DNA from: Desulfobacteraceae bacterium
Lineage (GTDB): Bacteria > Desulfobacterota > Desulfobacteria > Desulfobacterales > SKZT01
DNA length: 52,854 nt
Reading direction: 5' to 3'
Assembly (NCBI GenBank): GCA_007127235.1
Contig: SKZT01000192.1
Coordinates: forward strand, 1-52,854
How positions within the stretch are numbered: position 1 is the stretch's first letter; each line of letters begins with the position of its first letter. Of this stretch, positions 43,109 through 52,854 are shown piece by piece. A model generated the notes under the pieces. It was not told the DNA's origin. It did no database searches and saw only the letters and a list, made by a program, of their open reading frames with translations. Position numbers and translations under genes: made by a program.

Positions 43109-44230
43109 TTGGAACATTCAATAAAAAAAAGAATCGAAGATGTAAGAAAGGCGCTTCAAGAAGAGAAACTGGACGCTTTAATGGTGCTGGTCGAGCAAAA
43201 CCGGCGTTATTTGAGCGGTTATACCGGTGAGGATACTCAGTTTGACGAAACTGCCGGTGTACTTTTTATCACAGCTAATCATCTAATTCTGGCAACGGAT
43301 TCGCGTTACCAGTTGCAGGCCCAAAATGAGGCGCCGTCATATGAAGTAATCTGTTATAAAAAAGGTCTTGAAAAAGAAATGTCCGGTATCGTTGATCGGC
43401 TTAACATCCGTACACTGGGTTTTGAGAGTGTGAGGCTTTCTTTTTCGCAATACCAGAAAATTCTCCGTGAACTTGATGCGCATCAACACCTCCAAACTGA
43501 TCTGGTTGCATCTGAAAATATTGTCGAAAAGCTGCGGATGGTCAAAGAACAGCATGAAATTCAGGCGGTGAAGGATGCATTGACCATGGCGGAAAATGTT
43601 TTTTATGAGTTGATTGAACATCTTAAGCCCGGTATGACCGAAAAAGAGGTGTCCTGGCAGATGGAAAAACGAATGCGGGAAAAGGGGGCAGATGCACTAT
43701 CATTTCCGACAATAGTGGCATCCGGCCCAAATAGCGCCCTTCCCCATGCCATACCCACCAACCGCAGAATCAAAGAGGGTGAACCGGTACTTTTTGACTG
43801 GGGCGTTAAGCTCAACGGGTATTGCTCTGATATTTCAAGGACAGTTATTCTGGGTCGTCCGGACGACCATTTCAAAAAAGTGTTTCAAACCGTTTATGAG
43901 GCGCAGCAAAAAGCCATTGAAGCCATGAAGCCGGGCATGACCGGCAAAGAGGTCGATAAAGTTGCTCGAAGTCTTATTGACGACACCGAATTTAAAGGAA
44001 AATTTTCCCACGGTCTTGGTCATGGCACAGGTCTGGCTGTCCATGAAGCACCGCGATTAAGCCCTTTAAAGGAGGACATGCTCGAACCGGGGATGGTATT
44101 TACCGTGGAACCCGGAATTTATATTCCGGACTGGGGTGGGATTCGGCTGGAGAATATGGTGGTAATGCGCGATGATGGCGCCGAGGTGCTCAATGAATCT
44201 GATCCGGCCTTTTATCTTTTGAAAGGCTGA
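43109..44230 (+). CDS. pepP: M24-family Xaa-Pro aminopeptidase/dipeptidase
   Basis: 373 aa with a creatinase-like N-domain and pita-bread metal ligands (DWG...D...HGLGHGTGLAVHE...EPG...E). TTG start with an AAGGA Shine-Dalgarno. Confidence 0.85.
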   Translation: MEHSIKKRIEDVRKALQEEKLDALMVLVEQNRRYLSGYTGEDTQFDETAGVLFITANHLILATDSRYQLQAQNEAPSYEVICYKKGLEKEMSGIVDRLNIRTLGFESVRLSFSQYQKILRELDAHQHLQTDLVASENIVEKLRMVKEQHEIQAVKDALTMAENVFYELIEHLKPGMTEKEVSWQMEKRMREKGADALSFPTIVASGPNSALPHAIPTNRRIKEGEPVLFDWGVKLNGYCSDISRTVILGRPDDHFKKVFQTVYEAQQKAIEAMKPGMTGKEVDKVARSLIDDTEFKGKFSHGLGHGTGLAVHEAPRLSPLKEDMLEPGMVFTVEPGIYIPDWGGIRLENMVVMRDDGAEVLNESDPAFYLLKG

Positions 44231-44233
44231 ATT

Positions 44234-45127
44234 ATGAATCCTGATTTACTGGTAGACCGCTTTATCCATTACCTGATGGTTGAAAAAGGTCTTTCCGGCA
44301 ATACCATCGAATCTTACAGCATGGACTTGTCAAGATATGTGGATTTTTTAAAAAAAACAGGAATAAACAGCATTTCCAAAGATGACACCGCTCATATCCT
44401 GAGGCATCTGATTGAACTGAGAAAGGAAGGGTTGAATACCAGGTCCAGAGCAAGACATCTGGTAACAATCAGAGGGTTTTATCGTTTTTTAGTGCAGGAA
44501 AAAATCATTGAACATGATCCGGCACATATGGTGGATCTACCGAAACTTGGACTGAAGCTGCCTGATGTATTGTCGGTTGAAGACATTGAGCAGCTCTTGA
44601 AAGTTCCGGACCTGACAACACCCAGGGGACAAAGGGATTCCGCCATGCTGGAGTTGCTTTATGCTGCGGGATTGAGGGTCTCTGAACTGGTTCAGCTGAA
44701 AATTCAGGACATCAACCTGGAGGCTGGATTTGTAAGGGTATTTGGGAAAGGTTCCAAAGAACGCATCGTGCCGGTGGGAAATTTTGCCAGGGAAAAAGTC
44801 GCGGATTATATCAAACATGGCAGGCCCTACTTGCTGAAAACCATTCCAAGTCAGTATCTTTTTGTGGCGAGAGCCGGAAAACCCATGACCCGTCAAGGGT
44901 TTTGGAAACTCGTTAAAAAATATGCAAAAATAGCCGGCATTTCAAAAACCATCACCCCCCACAGTTTTCGGCACTCTTTCGCCAGCCATCTTCTGGAGGC
45001 CGGGGCGGACTTGCGATCAGTACAGCTAATGCTGGGCCACGAGGACATTTCCACCACCCAGATTTATACGCACGTGGCAAGGGAGCATCTCCAACAGTTG
45101 CACGAAAAATATCATCCCCGGGGTTAA
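44234..45127 (+). CDS. xerD: Tyrosine recombinase XerD
   Basis: 297 aa with an XerD-type N-terminus (FIHYLMVEKGLSGNTIESYSMDLSRY), catalytic R...HxxR...Y (HSFRHSFASHLL, LGHEDISTTQIYTHV), and no flanking mobile-element signatures. Confidence 0.85.
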   Translation: MNPDLLVDRFIHYLMVEKGLSGNTIESYSMDLSRYVDFLKKTGINSISKDDTAHILRHLIELRKEGLNTRSRARHLVTIRGFYRFLVQEKIIEHDPAHMVDLPKLGLKLPDVLSVEDIEQLLKVPDLTTPRGQRDSAMLELLYAAGLRVSELVQLKIQDINLEAGFVRVFGKGSKERIVPVGNFAREKVADYIKHGRPYLLKTIPSQYLFVARAGKPMTRQGFWKLVKKYAKIAGISKTITPHSFRHSFASHLLEAGADLRSVQLMLGHEDISTTQIYTHVAREHLQQLHEKYHPRG

Positions 45128-45225
45128 CATTCTCCATGGCTTGACAATATCGTCAAAATTTTATACAAAGACTAATTTAATTTATTCAATTAGTAAAAAT
45201 ACCATTCGTCGGGAAGGAACAGGCA

Positions 45226-46878
45226 GTGCAAATGGCATCGATCAATCAGGTACCGCTTTGGTGGCTCAATGGGTCCAACTCCCCGGAGATGGGGGTGGAC
45301 GCCTTACAAAAGGCGTTATTGCGGTTGAGCCGGCCCTTTTTTTTGCTTGATATCGATGGTCAAATGGGTGTTGCTTACGATGGAGGGTTGAGTTTTGATT
45401 CCCGTGTTCCGGGAAAAAAAGAGACGCTGCCCCTGCTTGCCTATGTTCCTGCCGGTCATCCGAAAAACCTTGGGGATCCCCTTTTTAAACAAAGACATGG
45501 CCTGACCTACGCCTATGTCGCCGGGGCTATGGCCAACGGAATTACATCGGTGGAAATGGTCCGGGTTATGAGCGAGGCAGGGATGCTGGGGATGTTTGGT
45601 GCAGCCGGATTGTCAGTTTCCGGGATTGAAGATGCCGTGTTGGAGTTGCAGCGTTTGCTCAAAGGCCGCCCGTTTGGTTCCAATCTTATCCACAGTCCGA
45701 GCGATCCCGAGCACGAGATGGCAGTGGTCCGGCTCTACTTAAAGCACAATGTTCGCTTGGTAAGTGCGTCGGCTTATTTAAGCCTCACGCTTCCCCTTGT
45801 ATATTATCGTGTCAAGGGTATTTTTCGAAATCACGAGGGCAGCGTTGTCTGTCGCAATAAGGTGATCGGTAAGGTTTCCAGGATTGAGGTTGCCAAAAAA
45901 TTCATGTCGCCGCCGCCGGAAAAAATATTACAACAGCTGGTGGAGAAAAAATTGATTACCCGTGAAGAGGCTCTTTTAGCGGGGGATGTTCCCGTAGCGG
46001 ATGATATCACCGCGGAAGCCGACTCCGGCGGACACACTGACAATCAGCCGGCCATAGCCCTGTTGCCAACCATGCTGGCGCTTCGCGATGAGATGGTGTC
46101 GAAGTTCAACTATCAGACCCCTATTTGTGTTGGACTTGCCGGAGGCATTGCCACACCGGCATCCACCGCCGCAGCTTTTGCCATGGGGGCTGCCTATGTC
46201 CTTACCGGCTCAATAAACCAGTCATGCCTGGAAGCCGGTACATCCGAAAAGGTTCGGTGTATGCTGGCAGAGTCTTGCCAGGCCGATGTTACCATGGCCC
46301 CTGCCGCCGATATGTTCGAAATGGGTATCAAAGTGCAGGTATTAAAACGCGGCACCATGTTCGCCTTCAGGGCGGCAAAGCTCTACGAGCTTTACTCCCA
46401 ATATGATTCTATCGAGGATATCCCCCGGAAACAAAGGGACATGCTGGAGCGGGACTATTTCAAATGCGGTTTTGAACAGGTTTGGGAACAGACCAGAGCT
46501 TTTTTTCAGAAATGTGATCCAAGGCAGATGCTTCTGGCGGAGAAAGATCCCAAGCATAAAATGGCATTATTATTTCGATCCTATCTCGGACAATCATCCA
46601 GATGGGCTTCTTCGGGCGATCCCGATAGAATAATCGATTATCAGATATGGTGCGGGCCTTCCATGGGGGCTTTTAATGAATGGGTGAGAGGTTCATTTTT
46701 GGAAAAACCCGAAAACAGAAAAACGGTCACTTTAGCTATGAATTTGTTGTTCGGCGCTTCACTGGCCACGCGTGTCAACTGGATGAGATTTCAGGGAATA
46801 ACCATACCGAAAAGCATCGGACATTTTTCTCCTCGAACCGATGATGAGATAGCGATGCTTCTGTCAGATAATTTTTAA
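45226..46878 (+). CDS. pfaD: PfaD-family trans-acting enoyl reductase (2-nitropropane-dioxygenase-like) of PUFA/polyketide synthases
   Basis: 550 aa. The segments GAMANGITS, ITAEADSGGHTDN and the long C-terminal extension are typical of PfaD. The start is GTG 45226 or ATG 45232. Confidence 0.85.
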   Translation: MQMASINQVPLWWLNGSNSPEMGVDALQKALLRLSRPFFLLDIDGQMGVAYDGGLSFDSRVPGKKETLPLLAYVPAGHPKNLGDPLFKQRHGLTYAYVAGAMANGITSVEMVRVMSEAGMLGMFGAAGLSVSGIEDAVLELQRLLKGRPFGSNLIHSPSDPEHEMAVVRLYLKHNVRLVSASAYLSLTLPLVYYRVKGIFRNHEGSVVCRNKVIGKVSRIEVAKKFMSPPPEKILQQLVEKKLITREEALLAGDVPVADDITAEADSGGHTDNQPAIALLPTMLALRDEMVSKFNYQTPICVGLAGGIATPASTAAAFAMGAAYVLTGSINQSCLEAGTSEKVRCMLAESCQADVTMAPAADMFEMGIKVQVLKRGTMFAFRAAKLYELYSQYDSIEDIPRKQRDMLERDYFKCGFEQVWEQTRAFFQKCDPRQMLLAEKDPKHKMALLFRSYLGQSSRWASSGDPDRIIDYQIWCGPSMGAFNEWVRGSFLEKPENRKTVTLAMNLLFGASLATRVNWMRFQGITIPKSIGHFSPRTDDEIAMLLSDNF

Positions 46879-46906
46879 CAACCCATTATTATAAAGGTTT
46901 TTTACA

Positions 46907-49900
46907 ATGACCCGAAATGTTCCTGTGGCCATTATTGGCATGGGATGTTTTTTCCCGAAATCCCCGGGAATAAAACAATACTGGCGGCTTTTGTACAAAG
47001 GTGAGGATGCTGTTTCCGAAGTTCCTTTGACTCACTGGTCAACAAAGGACTATTTTGACGAAGATCCCAACACACCGGACCATGTTTACTGCAAGCGGGG
47101 TGGTTTTTTATCTCAAGTCTCTTTTGATCCCACTGAATTCGGTATTCCGCCGGCATCTCTGGAAGCAACAGATACTTCTCAACTTCTTGGCCTGATTGCA
47201 GCCAAAATGGCCCTTGAAAATGCCGGTTACCATGCAGATAAAGAATTTGACCGGTCAAAAGTTTCGGTTATACTGGGTGCCACCGGAACCCAGGAACTTG
47301 TGATTCCTTTGGGAGCCAGGCTGGGGCATCCCCATTGGCGAAAGGCACTGAACGCTTGTGGGATAACCGGCACGAAAGCCGATGAAATTGTCAAAAAAAT
47401 TTCCGAATCTTATGTGCCCTGGCAGGAAAATTCATTTCCGGGGTTACTGGGAAATGTTATTGCCGGAAGAATCTGCAACCGTTTGGACCTGGGGGGAACC
47501 AATTGTGCTGTGGATGCCGCCTGTGCAAGCTCCATGAGTGCCATCCATCTTGCTTTGCTTGAACTGGTATCCGAAAAAAGCGACATGGTGGTTACCGGAG
47601 GTATTGACACTCTCAATGACATTTTTATGCACATGTGCTTTGCAAAAACGCGCATCCTTTCTCCTACCGGAGATGCCCGTCCTTTTTCAAAAGATGCCGA
47701 TGGCACCGTTCTGGGTGAGGGTATCGGCATGATTGTACTGAAACGTCTTGTGGATGCCCAAAAACACGGTGACCGAATTTATGCGGTGATTAAAGGTATC
47801 GGATCATCCAGTGACGGAAAATCCCAAAGCATATACGCTCCCCGTTCCGAGGGTCAGATGCAGGCCCTGAATTCAGCCTACGTGCAGGCCGGGATTGACC
47901 CTTCCACGGTTGAACTTGTGGAGGCTCATGGCACGGGAACGCGGGTAGGAGATCTGGTCGAGTTTCAGGCCCTGTCAAGGGTGTTTCAAAAAGTTCCTGA
48001 AAACCATTGTGCACTGGGTTCGGTAAAATCAAACATCGGTCATACCAAAGCTGCCGCCGGTGCCGCAGGCATGATCAAGGCGGTTCTGGCACTTCATCAT
48101 AAGGTATTGCCCCCCACATTGAAAGCCGATACCCCTGACCCGGCACTCAATATTCATAAAAGCCCTTTTTACCTGAATACCCGAAGCCGACCCTGGCTAA
48201 AAAACGACAAACATCCTCGAAGAGCCGGGGTGAGCGCATTCGGATTTGGTGGAAGTAATTTTCATGTGGTCTTGGAAGAATACGAACCAAAAAAAACATC
48301 ACCTTCCTGGCAGGGTTCCGTTGATATTTTTGCACTCTCCTCTTTTGACCGGAACAATCTTGAAAAACAACTCCATGAAATAAAACAATCGGCAGAGAAA
48401 ACACACTCGTACAATGATATTGCCCATGCCGCCTTGAAAACCCGCAATACCTTTTCCCATGAGGATCCATACCGGCTTCTTTTTCCCATAAATCCTGAAT
48501 TATCTTTTCCGGAACAAGTGCAGAAGGTTCATCAGGAATTTTCACAAAACAGCACTGACCAGATACTAAACAGTCGGCGTATTTATTTGGGAGGTCCCGA
48601 CAAGGCCGGCAAGCTGGCTTTTGTGTTTCCAGGACAAGGCAGCCAGTATGTCCATATGGGATGCGATTTAATCTGCACATTCCCTGAGGCTCTGGAACGT
48701 CTGGAAAAGGCCGAACTTCAATTTAGAATGAATAATGATCTTTGGTCTCTTACGGATTATTTATATCCCAAAATGTATAATGATGATCAAAAAAGTCCGA
48801 AAAGCGAGCATGATCTTAAACTTCGCCAGACCCATATCGCCCAGCCCGCCATCGGTGCTGTCAGTTTTTGCCTTTCCAGGATATTAAACAGATTCAATGT
48901 TTCTCCGGAGGCTGTTTGCGGGCACAGCTTTGGGGAACTCACTGCCCTTTGGTCAGCAGGTCGCATTTCCGATGAAGATTTTTTGTTACTGAGTGTTCAC
49001 CGGGGCAGGCTCATGGCAAAAGCCTCTGACGGTCGCGGAGTAATGACAGCCGTCAAAGCTCATGCGGACAAACTTGAAAAATTAATCCAGCAGGAAAAAA
49101 TCGAGGTTATTGTCGCCAATAAAAACTCCAGGGAACAAACCGTTTTGTCCGGTCTGGAAAAACATATGGCCAAAGCGGAATCTATCTGCCGGGAAAAAGG
49201 CTTTGTTTTTCGCAGACTTCCGGTTTCGGCTGCTTTTCACACACCCATGATGAAAGATGCACGGGATGGTTTTTATAAGCTTCTTTCCCAAGTTAGTTTT
49301 AAAGATTCCCGAATTCCGATTTTTTCCAATACTACAGGGAAAACCTACCCGGATTGCCCAGAAGATACCCGCAATCTTTTGGCAAACCAGATAGTATTTC
49401 CTGTGGATTTTGTAGGTGAAATTGAAAGTATGGTTCAATTCGGTGCCCGTACTTTTCTTGAAGTGGGTCCCGGAAAGGTGCTCACGAATTTAATTCAAGC
49501 AATTTTAAAAGATTATCCTGACTGTCATGCTCTGTCCATTGATCATTCCAGTGGAAAGGCTGACGGTTGTACCGATCTTGCCCACAGCCTGTGTTACCTG
49601 GCCGCCATTGGTCATCCGGTCAAACTCGACCAATGGGAGCAGCCCCTGGAAAACAATGTTCGCAAGCAAAAAATGAGTGTGGCCATTTCCGGAGCCAATA
49701 TCCGGGTTGCATCAAAAAAAATAAAACAGAACGTAAAAAATGAAACACCCAAAGCCAGAGAAACGAATTCAGAACATTCAGCACATAATAATTCAGAACA
49801 TTCACCACATAATAAGGTGCCTGTACAAGATGTCTCTCCGGATCTGAAATTATCCGGTAAAATCAGTAACATGTCGAAACAATCCCCAAATAATCAGCAG

Positions 49901-52854
49901 AGGATTATGAACGATCGAAACAAAAACTTTCCGGATCAGATTCAAAGCGCATTGAAAGTTGTCCAGGATGGTATGAAGTCCATGCAGGCTTTGCAGATGC
50001 AGACCGCTGAAACACACAAGAAATTTCTTGAAACTCAGACCGAAACCGGACGAATGCTTCAGCAAATGATGGCCCATACCCAACGGCTGGCTGAAACCGC
50101 CATGGGTTCGAATTTTAATGAGATCCCGGCACAGAGCCCTGCATGCCATAACAACCGGTCCCATCCCATTGAATCCCAAAATGCAGCGATAGAAACAGAA
50201 AATGAATATCACCCCCCGGCTCAAAACAAGGCTTTGGAAAAACCTCAAAGTGACCGGCTGAAAAGGTCCCTTTTATCTGTGGTCAGTGAGCTTACAGGAT
50301 ACCCTCCGGAAATGCTCGATCTGGATATGGATATCGAGTCGGATCTGGGAATTGATTCCATCAAACGGGTGGAAATTCTGTCTGCTTTGGAAGAAAAAAT
50401 ACCGGATCTTCCTTCCGTATCCCCCGAGCAGATGGGGCGTCTTAAAACCCTCGGACAAGTTATGGAGCAATTGACCGCCGGTGATCCTGAAATAATGACT
50501 GATAATCCTGAAAAGCAGGTGGATTCTATTCAAAAGACCGGAGTAAATGCCGGCCAGGAAAAAGATGACCGGGTGACCGGTGAACTTCTGAGTGCCGTTA
50601 GTGAAATGACAGGCTATCCCGTCGAAATGCTTGGGATGGATATGGATATCGAGTCGGATCTGGGAATCGATTCCATCAAACGGGTGGAAATTTTATCTGC
50701 TTTGGAAGAGCGACTTCCGGGGATTCCCCACGTTTCTCCCGAAATCATGGGTAAATTGAAAACCCTGGAACAAATCGCTGCGCACCTGGCGCAGAAAACC
50801 CCTGAGGTGACCGGTTCACAAAACCAGGTTGCAGGTATACAGGCTAAAACAGGTTCAGGAAATCAAGAGATTATCGAAGAACCTCTTCTTACAGTGGTAA
50901 GTGAACTCACCGGATACCCTCCGGAAATGCTCGGTCTGGATATGGATATCGAGTCAGACCTGGGAATTGATTCCATCAAGCGGGTGGAAATTCTTTCGGC
51001 TCTGGAAAGCAGAATACCGGATATGCCTTCGATTACTCCGGATCAGGTGGGTAAATTGAAAACCCTGGGAGAAATTTTAAATTATCTGAGCGGCAATATT
51101 TTTTCCGATGTGCTCCCACCTCATGAACAGCATACGGATAAAAGTGCAAAGAGTTATGTTGACGAACCCGGAGAGGTGAATGAAGGTTTTTCTGCAACTG
51201 TACAACCGATTGAAAGACAGGTGGTCAATCTTGAAGATTCTCCGGAAATATCCCCGGATCATATGTTGCTTCCGGCCGGAAGAAAACTGCTGGTGGCCGG
51301 TTTGGACCATAGTATGTCAACAAATTTGGTTAAACAATTTGTGGCGCACAATGTTGATGCGGAATGTATTTCCATGGATGCCCATAAGCATATAGAAACA
51401 ATTCCCAAAGCTTCAGGCCTGGTCATTCTTGGCAATCATGATGCAGAAAAATCTTTTTTATGCGATGCGCTCATGCTGGCAAAAGCCACATCCGGGGATC
51501 TTCAGGATTCTGCCCTGGAGAGCTGCGCTCTGTTTGCCACAGTTTCTTTTATGGACGGTGGCTTTGGTTTTAGCCAAAAAGGTTTTTTAAACCCCGAACA
51601 AGGAGGGTTGGCAGGTCTGGTGAAAACCGCAGCCAGGGAATGGTCCGGTGTTACCTGCCGCGCTTTGGATATTGATCCTGATATTCAAAATAACCTTCAA
51701 ACCTCCCATCGGATTGTATCGGAGCTTTTGGCCAGAAATACGGATAGCTGCCCGGAAACAGGTTTAAGCTTCAACAGTCGTGTAAAGCCTGTTCTGGTAT
51801 CTGCACCTGATTATGAAGGATCCCTTGCAATCGGTGCCGGCGATGTGGTTCTGGTCACTGGCGGTGCCCGGGGAATTACGGCTCAGGCCGCACTTGCACT
51901 GGCCCAAGAAACACCTGCCACGTTTATTCTCATGGGAAAAAGCCCTTTGCCGGATTCCAAACCTGAATGGTTAAAAGGTCTCAGTGATGATCATGCCTTG
52001 AAAAAAGCGGTAATCCTGAACTTATCCCAAGAAACGGCGGCACCGACACCTGCACAGGTGGAACAATTTCTAAAAAAACACAAGGCTGCTGAAGAAATCA
52101 GGGAAAATATCGAAAAGCTTGCCCGAAAAGGGGCGACGGTCCGCTATGTATCCGCTGATATCTGTGACGAAAATACCGTGCATGATGTAATGGCCAATAT
52201 CCGGGCGGAATTCGGCCCTGTCAAAGCCGTTATCCACGGCGCGGGGGTGCTGGAAGACCGGCTGATTAAAGAAAAGACCGCCGAACAATTTAACAGGGTG
52301 TACGACACCAAGGTCAGGGGTTTGAAAAACGTGCTAAAAGCATGTACTGATCCACTATCATACCTGATATTCTTTTCTTCGGTAGCAGGCCGTTTTGGCA
52401 ATGCTGGACAAGCCGATTATGCAATGGCCAATGAGGTTTTAAACAAAATGGCCTGTGTGGAGGCTTTGTCCCGCCCGGATTGTCGTGTGGTCTCAATCAA
52501 CTGGGGTCCATGGGATGGCGGAATGGTCACCGAATCGATAAAAAAATCGTTTGAAGCAAGAAACATCCCTCTCATTCCGATGGAAAGCGGTGGAAAGTAT
52601 CTGGTTCAGCAAATGCGTGCACCGGCCGGCGCACCTGTCGAGGTGGTTATCGGAGCCCCTATTTCCAATGACGATCATGATTCTGACACAAAGCAAAATT
52701 CCCTTGGGCAGCCACTGCCCTCAGTAAAAAACATGCCGACGCAATATCCTCTCTCCTTGAGTTTCAAACGGGAACTCGACCTGCAAAAATGCCCTGTTTT
52801 AGGAGCACATATTCTTGGAGGAAAACCGGTGGTTCCCTTTGCGCTTATGACCGA
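46907..52854 (+). CDS. pfaA: PfaA-like multidomain PUFA/polyketide synthase, 5' partial (KS-MAT-3xACP-KR-start of DH); runs off the window end
   Basis: It is absent from the ORF track because it has no stop in the window; I translated it by hand from ATG 46907. KS active site DAACASS (Cys codon 47522-47524) plus HGTGT and GHTK. MAT FPGQGSQ and GHSFGE (48920-48937). Three ACPs with LGIDSIKRVE. KR VTGGARGIT. PKS DH motif HILGGKPVVP at 52806-52835. All minus-strand track ORFs from 46932 to 52696 are shadows. Confidence 0.9.
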   Translation, partial: MTRNVPVAIIGMGCFFPKSPGIKQYWRLLYKGEDAVSEVPLTHWSTKDYFDEDPNTPDHVYCKRGGFLSQVSFDPTEFGIPPASLEATDTSQLLGLIAAKMALENAGYHADKEFDRSKVSVILGATGTQELVIPLGARLGHPHWRKALNACGITGTKADEIVKKISESYVPWQENSFPGLLGNVIAGRICNRLDLGGTNCAVDAACASSMSAIHLALLELVSEKSDMVVTGGIDTLNDIFMHMCFAKTRILSPTGDARPFSKDADGTVLGEGIGMIVLKRLVDAQKHGDRIYAVIKGIGSSSDGKSQSIYAPRSEGQMQALNSAYVQAGIDPSTVELVEAHGTGTRVGDLVEFQALSRVFQKVPENHCALGSVKSNIGHTKAAAGAAGMIKAVLALHHKVLPPTLKADTPDPALNIHKSPFYLNTRSRPWLKNDKHPRRAGVSAFGFGGSNFHVVLEEYEPKKTSPSWQGSVDIFALSSFDRNNLEKQLHEIKQSAEKTHSYNDIAHAALKTRNTFSHEDPYRLLFPINPELSFPEQVQKVHQEFSQNSTDQILNSRRIYLGGPDKAGKLAFVFPGQGSQYVHMGCDLICTFPEALERLEKAELQFRMNNDLWSLTDYLYPKMYNDDQKSPKSEHDLKLRQTHIAQPAIGAVSFCLSRILNRFNVSPEAVCGHSFGELTALWSAGRISDEDFLLLSVHRGRLMAKASDGRGVMTAVKAHADKLEKLIQQEKIEVIVANKNSREQTVLSGLEKHMAKAESICREKGFVFRRLPVSAAFHTPMMKDARDGFYKLLSQVSFKDSRIPIFSNTTGKTYPDCPEDTRNLLANQIVFPVDFVGEIESMVQFGARTFLEVGPGKVLTNLIQAILKDYPDCHALSIDHSSGKADGCTDLAHSLCYLAAIGHPVKLDQWEQPLENNVRKQKMSVAISGANIRVASKKIKQNVKNETPKARETNSEHSAHNNSEHSPHNKVPVQDVSPDLKLSGKISNMSKQSPNNQQRIMNDRNKNFPDQIQSALKVVQDGMKSMQALQMQTAETHKKFLETQTETGRMLQQMMAHTQRLAETAMGSNFNEIPAQSPACHNNRSHPIESQNAAIETENEYHPPAQNKALEKPQSDRLKRSLLSVVSELTGYPPEMLDLDMDIESDLGIDSIKRVEILSALEEKIPDLPSVSPEQMGRLKTLGQVMEQLTAGDPEIMTDNPEKQVDSIQKTGVNAGQEKDDRVTGELLSAVSEMTGYPVEMLGMDMDIESDLGIDSIKRVEILSALEERLPGIPHVSPEIMGKLKTLEQIAAHLAQKTPEVTGSQNQVAGIQAKTGSGNQEIIEEPLLTVVSELTGYPPEMLGLDMDIESDLGIDSIKRVEILSALESRIPDMPSITPDQVGKLKTLGEILNYLSGNIFSDVLPPHEQHTDKSAKSYVDEPGEVNEGFSATVQPIERQVVNLEDSPEISPDHMLLPAGRKLLVAGLDHSMSTNLVKQFVAHNVDAECISMDAHKHIETIPKASGLVILGNHDAEKSFLCDALMLAKATSGDLQDSALESCALFATVSFMDGGFGFSQKGFLNPEQGGLAGLVKTAAREWSGVTCRALDIDPDIQNNLQTSHRIVSELLARNTDSCPETGLSFNSRVKPVLVSAPDYEGSLAIGAGDVVLVTGGARGITAQAALALAQETPATFILMGKSPLPDSKPEWLKGLSDDHALKKAVILNLSQETAAPTPAQVEQFLKKHKAAEEIRENIEKLARKGATVRYVSADICDENTVHDVMANIRAEFGPVKAVIHGAGVLEDRLIKEKTAEQFNRVYDTKVRGLKNVLKACTDPLSYLIFFSSVAGRFGNAGQADYAMANEVLNKMACVEALSRPDCRVVSINWGPWDGGMVTESIKKSFEARNIPLIPMESGGKYLVQQMRAPAGAPVEVVIGAPISNDDHDSDTKQNSLGQPLPSVKNMPTQYPLSLSFKRELDLQKCPVLGAHILGGKPVVPFALMT
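50270..51090 (+). repeat. Three tandem ACP-domain coding repeats (starts about 50270, 50585, 50885; periods 315 and 300 nt)
   Basis: Near-identical cores, for example GGATATGGATATCGAGTC.GA.CTGGGAAT.GATTCCATCAA.CGGGTGGAAATT. Phosphopantetheine Ser codon of ACP1 at 50357-50359. Confidence 0.9.

Noticed and set aside
44234-45127. Tyrosine recombinase as a marker of an integrated mobile element next to the pfa locus.
   Set aside because: The sequence is XerD-like throughout, in a pepP-xerD housekeeping context. There is no tRNA, no direct repeats and no phage or IS genes nearby, and I saw no obvious compositional break by eye.
49766-49813. 24-nt tandem repeat AATTCAGAACATTCA[GC]CACATAAT x2.
   Set aside because: It is in frame within the low-complexity MAT-ACP linker of pfaA (NSEHSAHN NSEHSPHN). 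This is an ordinary linker duplication rather than a regulatory or mobile feature.
50270-51090. ~300-nt tandem DNA repeats.
   Set aside because: They are fully explained as three tandem ACP domains of the PfaA-like synthase, so they are not an independent repeat element.
46932-52696. A series of 60-177-aa minus-strand ORFs in the last 6 kb of the window.
   Set aside because: The plus strand carries one uninterrupted frame from 46907 to the window end with clear KS, MAT, ACP, KR and DH motifs. The track omits it because it has no stop codon. The minus-strand ORFs are shadows.

Overview
This 52.9-kb window looks like chromosomal DNA from a Desulfobacterales-type sulfate reducer. That assignment is an inference from gene content, about 45% GC by eye, and synteny. 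Coding density is high and I saw no rRNA, tRNA, CRISPR array, IS element or prophage. Housekeeping blocks: xseA-xseB-ispA-dxs-tlyA (+), a stand-alone EF-G paralog (+), mdh (+), pgi (+), and pepP-xerD (+). On the minus strand there are uvrC-uvrB-cysS, ispF, purC, elbB and a hotdog thioesterase. Five regions deserve follow-up. (1) An acetate-utilisation neighbourhood (TetR, acs, SSS transporter, an unannotated 28-aa membrane peptide). It runs into a tightly packed six-gene minus-strand operon: a HAMP-PAS-pseudokinase::DEDDh exonuclease fusion, a 2x cNMP-binding/CBS/DUF294 nucleotidyltransferase-like protein, a spore-photoproduct-lyase-like radical SAM enzyme, a membrane-anchored SNase with an Ada-type zinc motif, a DUF3311-like mini-protein, and a solute-symporter::histidine kinase fusion. 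(2) A 476-nt ispF-cysS spacer built from self-complementary CGTGCA/CGAGCA hexamer tracts. These can fold in mutually exclusive ways around a perfect terminator hairpin and overlap a Thr/Cys-codon mini-ORF. (3) Two non-canonical Hsp70-like ATPases (609 and about 938 aa) plus a DUF2760-like membrane protein. (4) An orphan mglA-type GTPase operon with a DUF4388/2x cNMP-binding protein and a PilZ protein. (5) The start of an ER-first pfa-type PUFA/polyketide synthase locus: pfaD, then a pfaA-like KS-MAT-3xACP-KR-DH megasynthase that runs off the window and is missing from the supplied ORF track. A dispersed 24-nt hairpin repeat family (GGAGTGCAAAAGCTGTGCTTTTGC) marks several intergenic regions. 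All family assignments come from reading motifs in the translations; no database search was possible.
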